Assembly (NCBI GenBank): GCA_963727445.1
Contig: CAVSGI010000006.1
Coordinates: forward strand, 448,001-512,000
Length of the DNA stretch: 64,000 nucleotides
From: an uncultured delta proteobacterium
GTDB taxonomy: Bacteria > Myxococcota_A > Polyangia > Polyangiales > B10-G4
Direction: 5' to 3'
The notes under the pieces were generated by a model. That model was not told the origin of the DNA. It ran no database searches and worked only from the letters and a program-made list of their open reading frames with translations. Position 1 is the stretch's first letter, and the number at the start of each line of letters is the position of its first letter. Below, piece by piece: positions 63,855 through 64,000 of this stretch. The translations under genes were made by a program, and so were the position numbers.

Positions 63855-64000
63855 TCAGAGGACGCGGCGCAGCCAGCTCTTCCGCATCAGCCACACCAGG
63901 AAGATGGTGAGCGGGAAGGTGATGGCGACGCGGAGCCAGTGCACGGAGCCGACGCCGAGGAGGTTCACGACGGGGCGGACGAAGATGCCCCAGACCGCGG
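63855..64000 (-). CDS. C-terminus of a membrane protein (partial)
   Basis: AVWGIFVRPVVNLLGVGSVHWLRVAITFPLTIFLVWLMRKSWLRRVL* ending at TGA 63857-63855. Confidence 0.6.
   Translation of the reverse strand, partial: AVWGIFVRPVVNLLGVGSVHWLRVAITFPLTIFLVWLMRKSWLRRVL

Overview
High-GC (roughly 70%) bacterial chromosome segment with a myxobacterial (Polyangia/Sandaracinaceae-like) gene complement: a MYXO-CTERM protein, Cys-rich lipoproteins, pilB, an FHA/Ser-Thr kinase pair, double-length uvrA, pyrC-carA-scoAB, moaC and prmC. About 50 genes are readable. At least 9 carry single-base indels that look like long-read errors, five of them GATCT read as GATTCT. The main discovery is at 1-5000 on the minus strand. 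Two tandem, mutually homologous structured ncRNAs with Y-RNA (YrlA/YrlB)-like architecture lie directly upstream of an unannotated, possibly Ro60/TROVE-like helical protein gene that is missing from the ORF track. The downstream RNA contains a complete circularly permuted tRNA (T arm, loop-closed acceptor stem, D arm and an intact anticodon arm reading CUA, i.e. amber). A highly divergent RtcB-like RNA ligase gene lies 2.3 kb upstream on the same strand. Also present: a REP/MITE-like inverted-repeat cluster, several sigma54-like promoters, PSI-repeat Cys-rich secreted proteins and hexamer microsatellites inside genes. All calls were made by eye; no searches were run.
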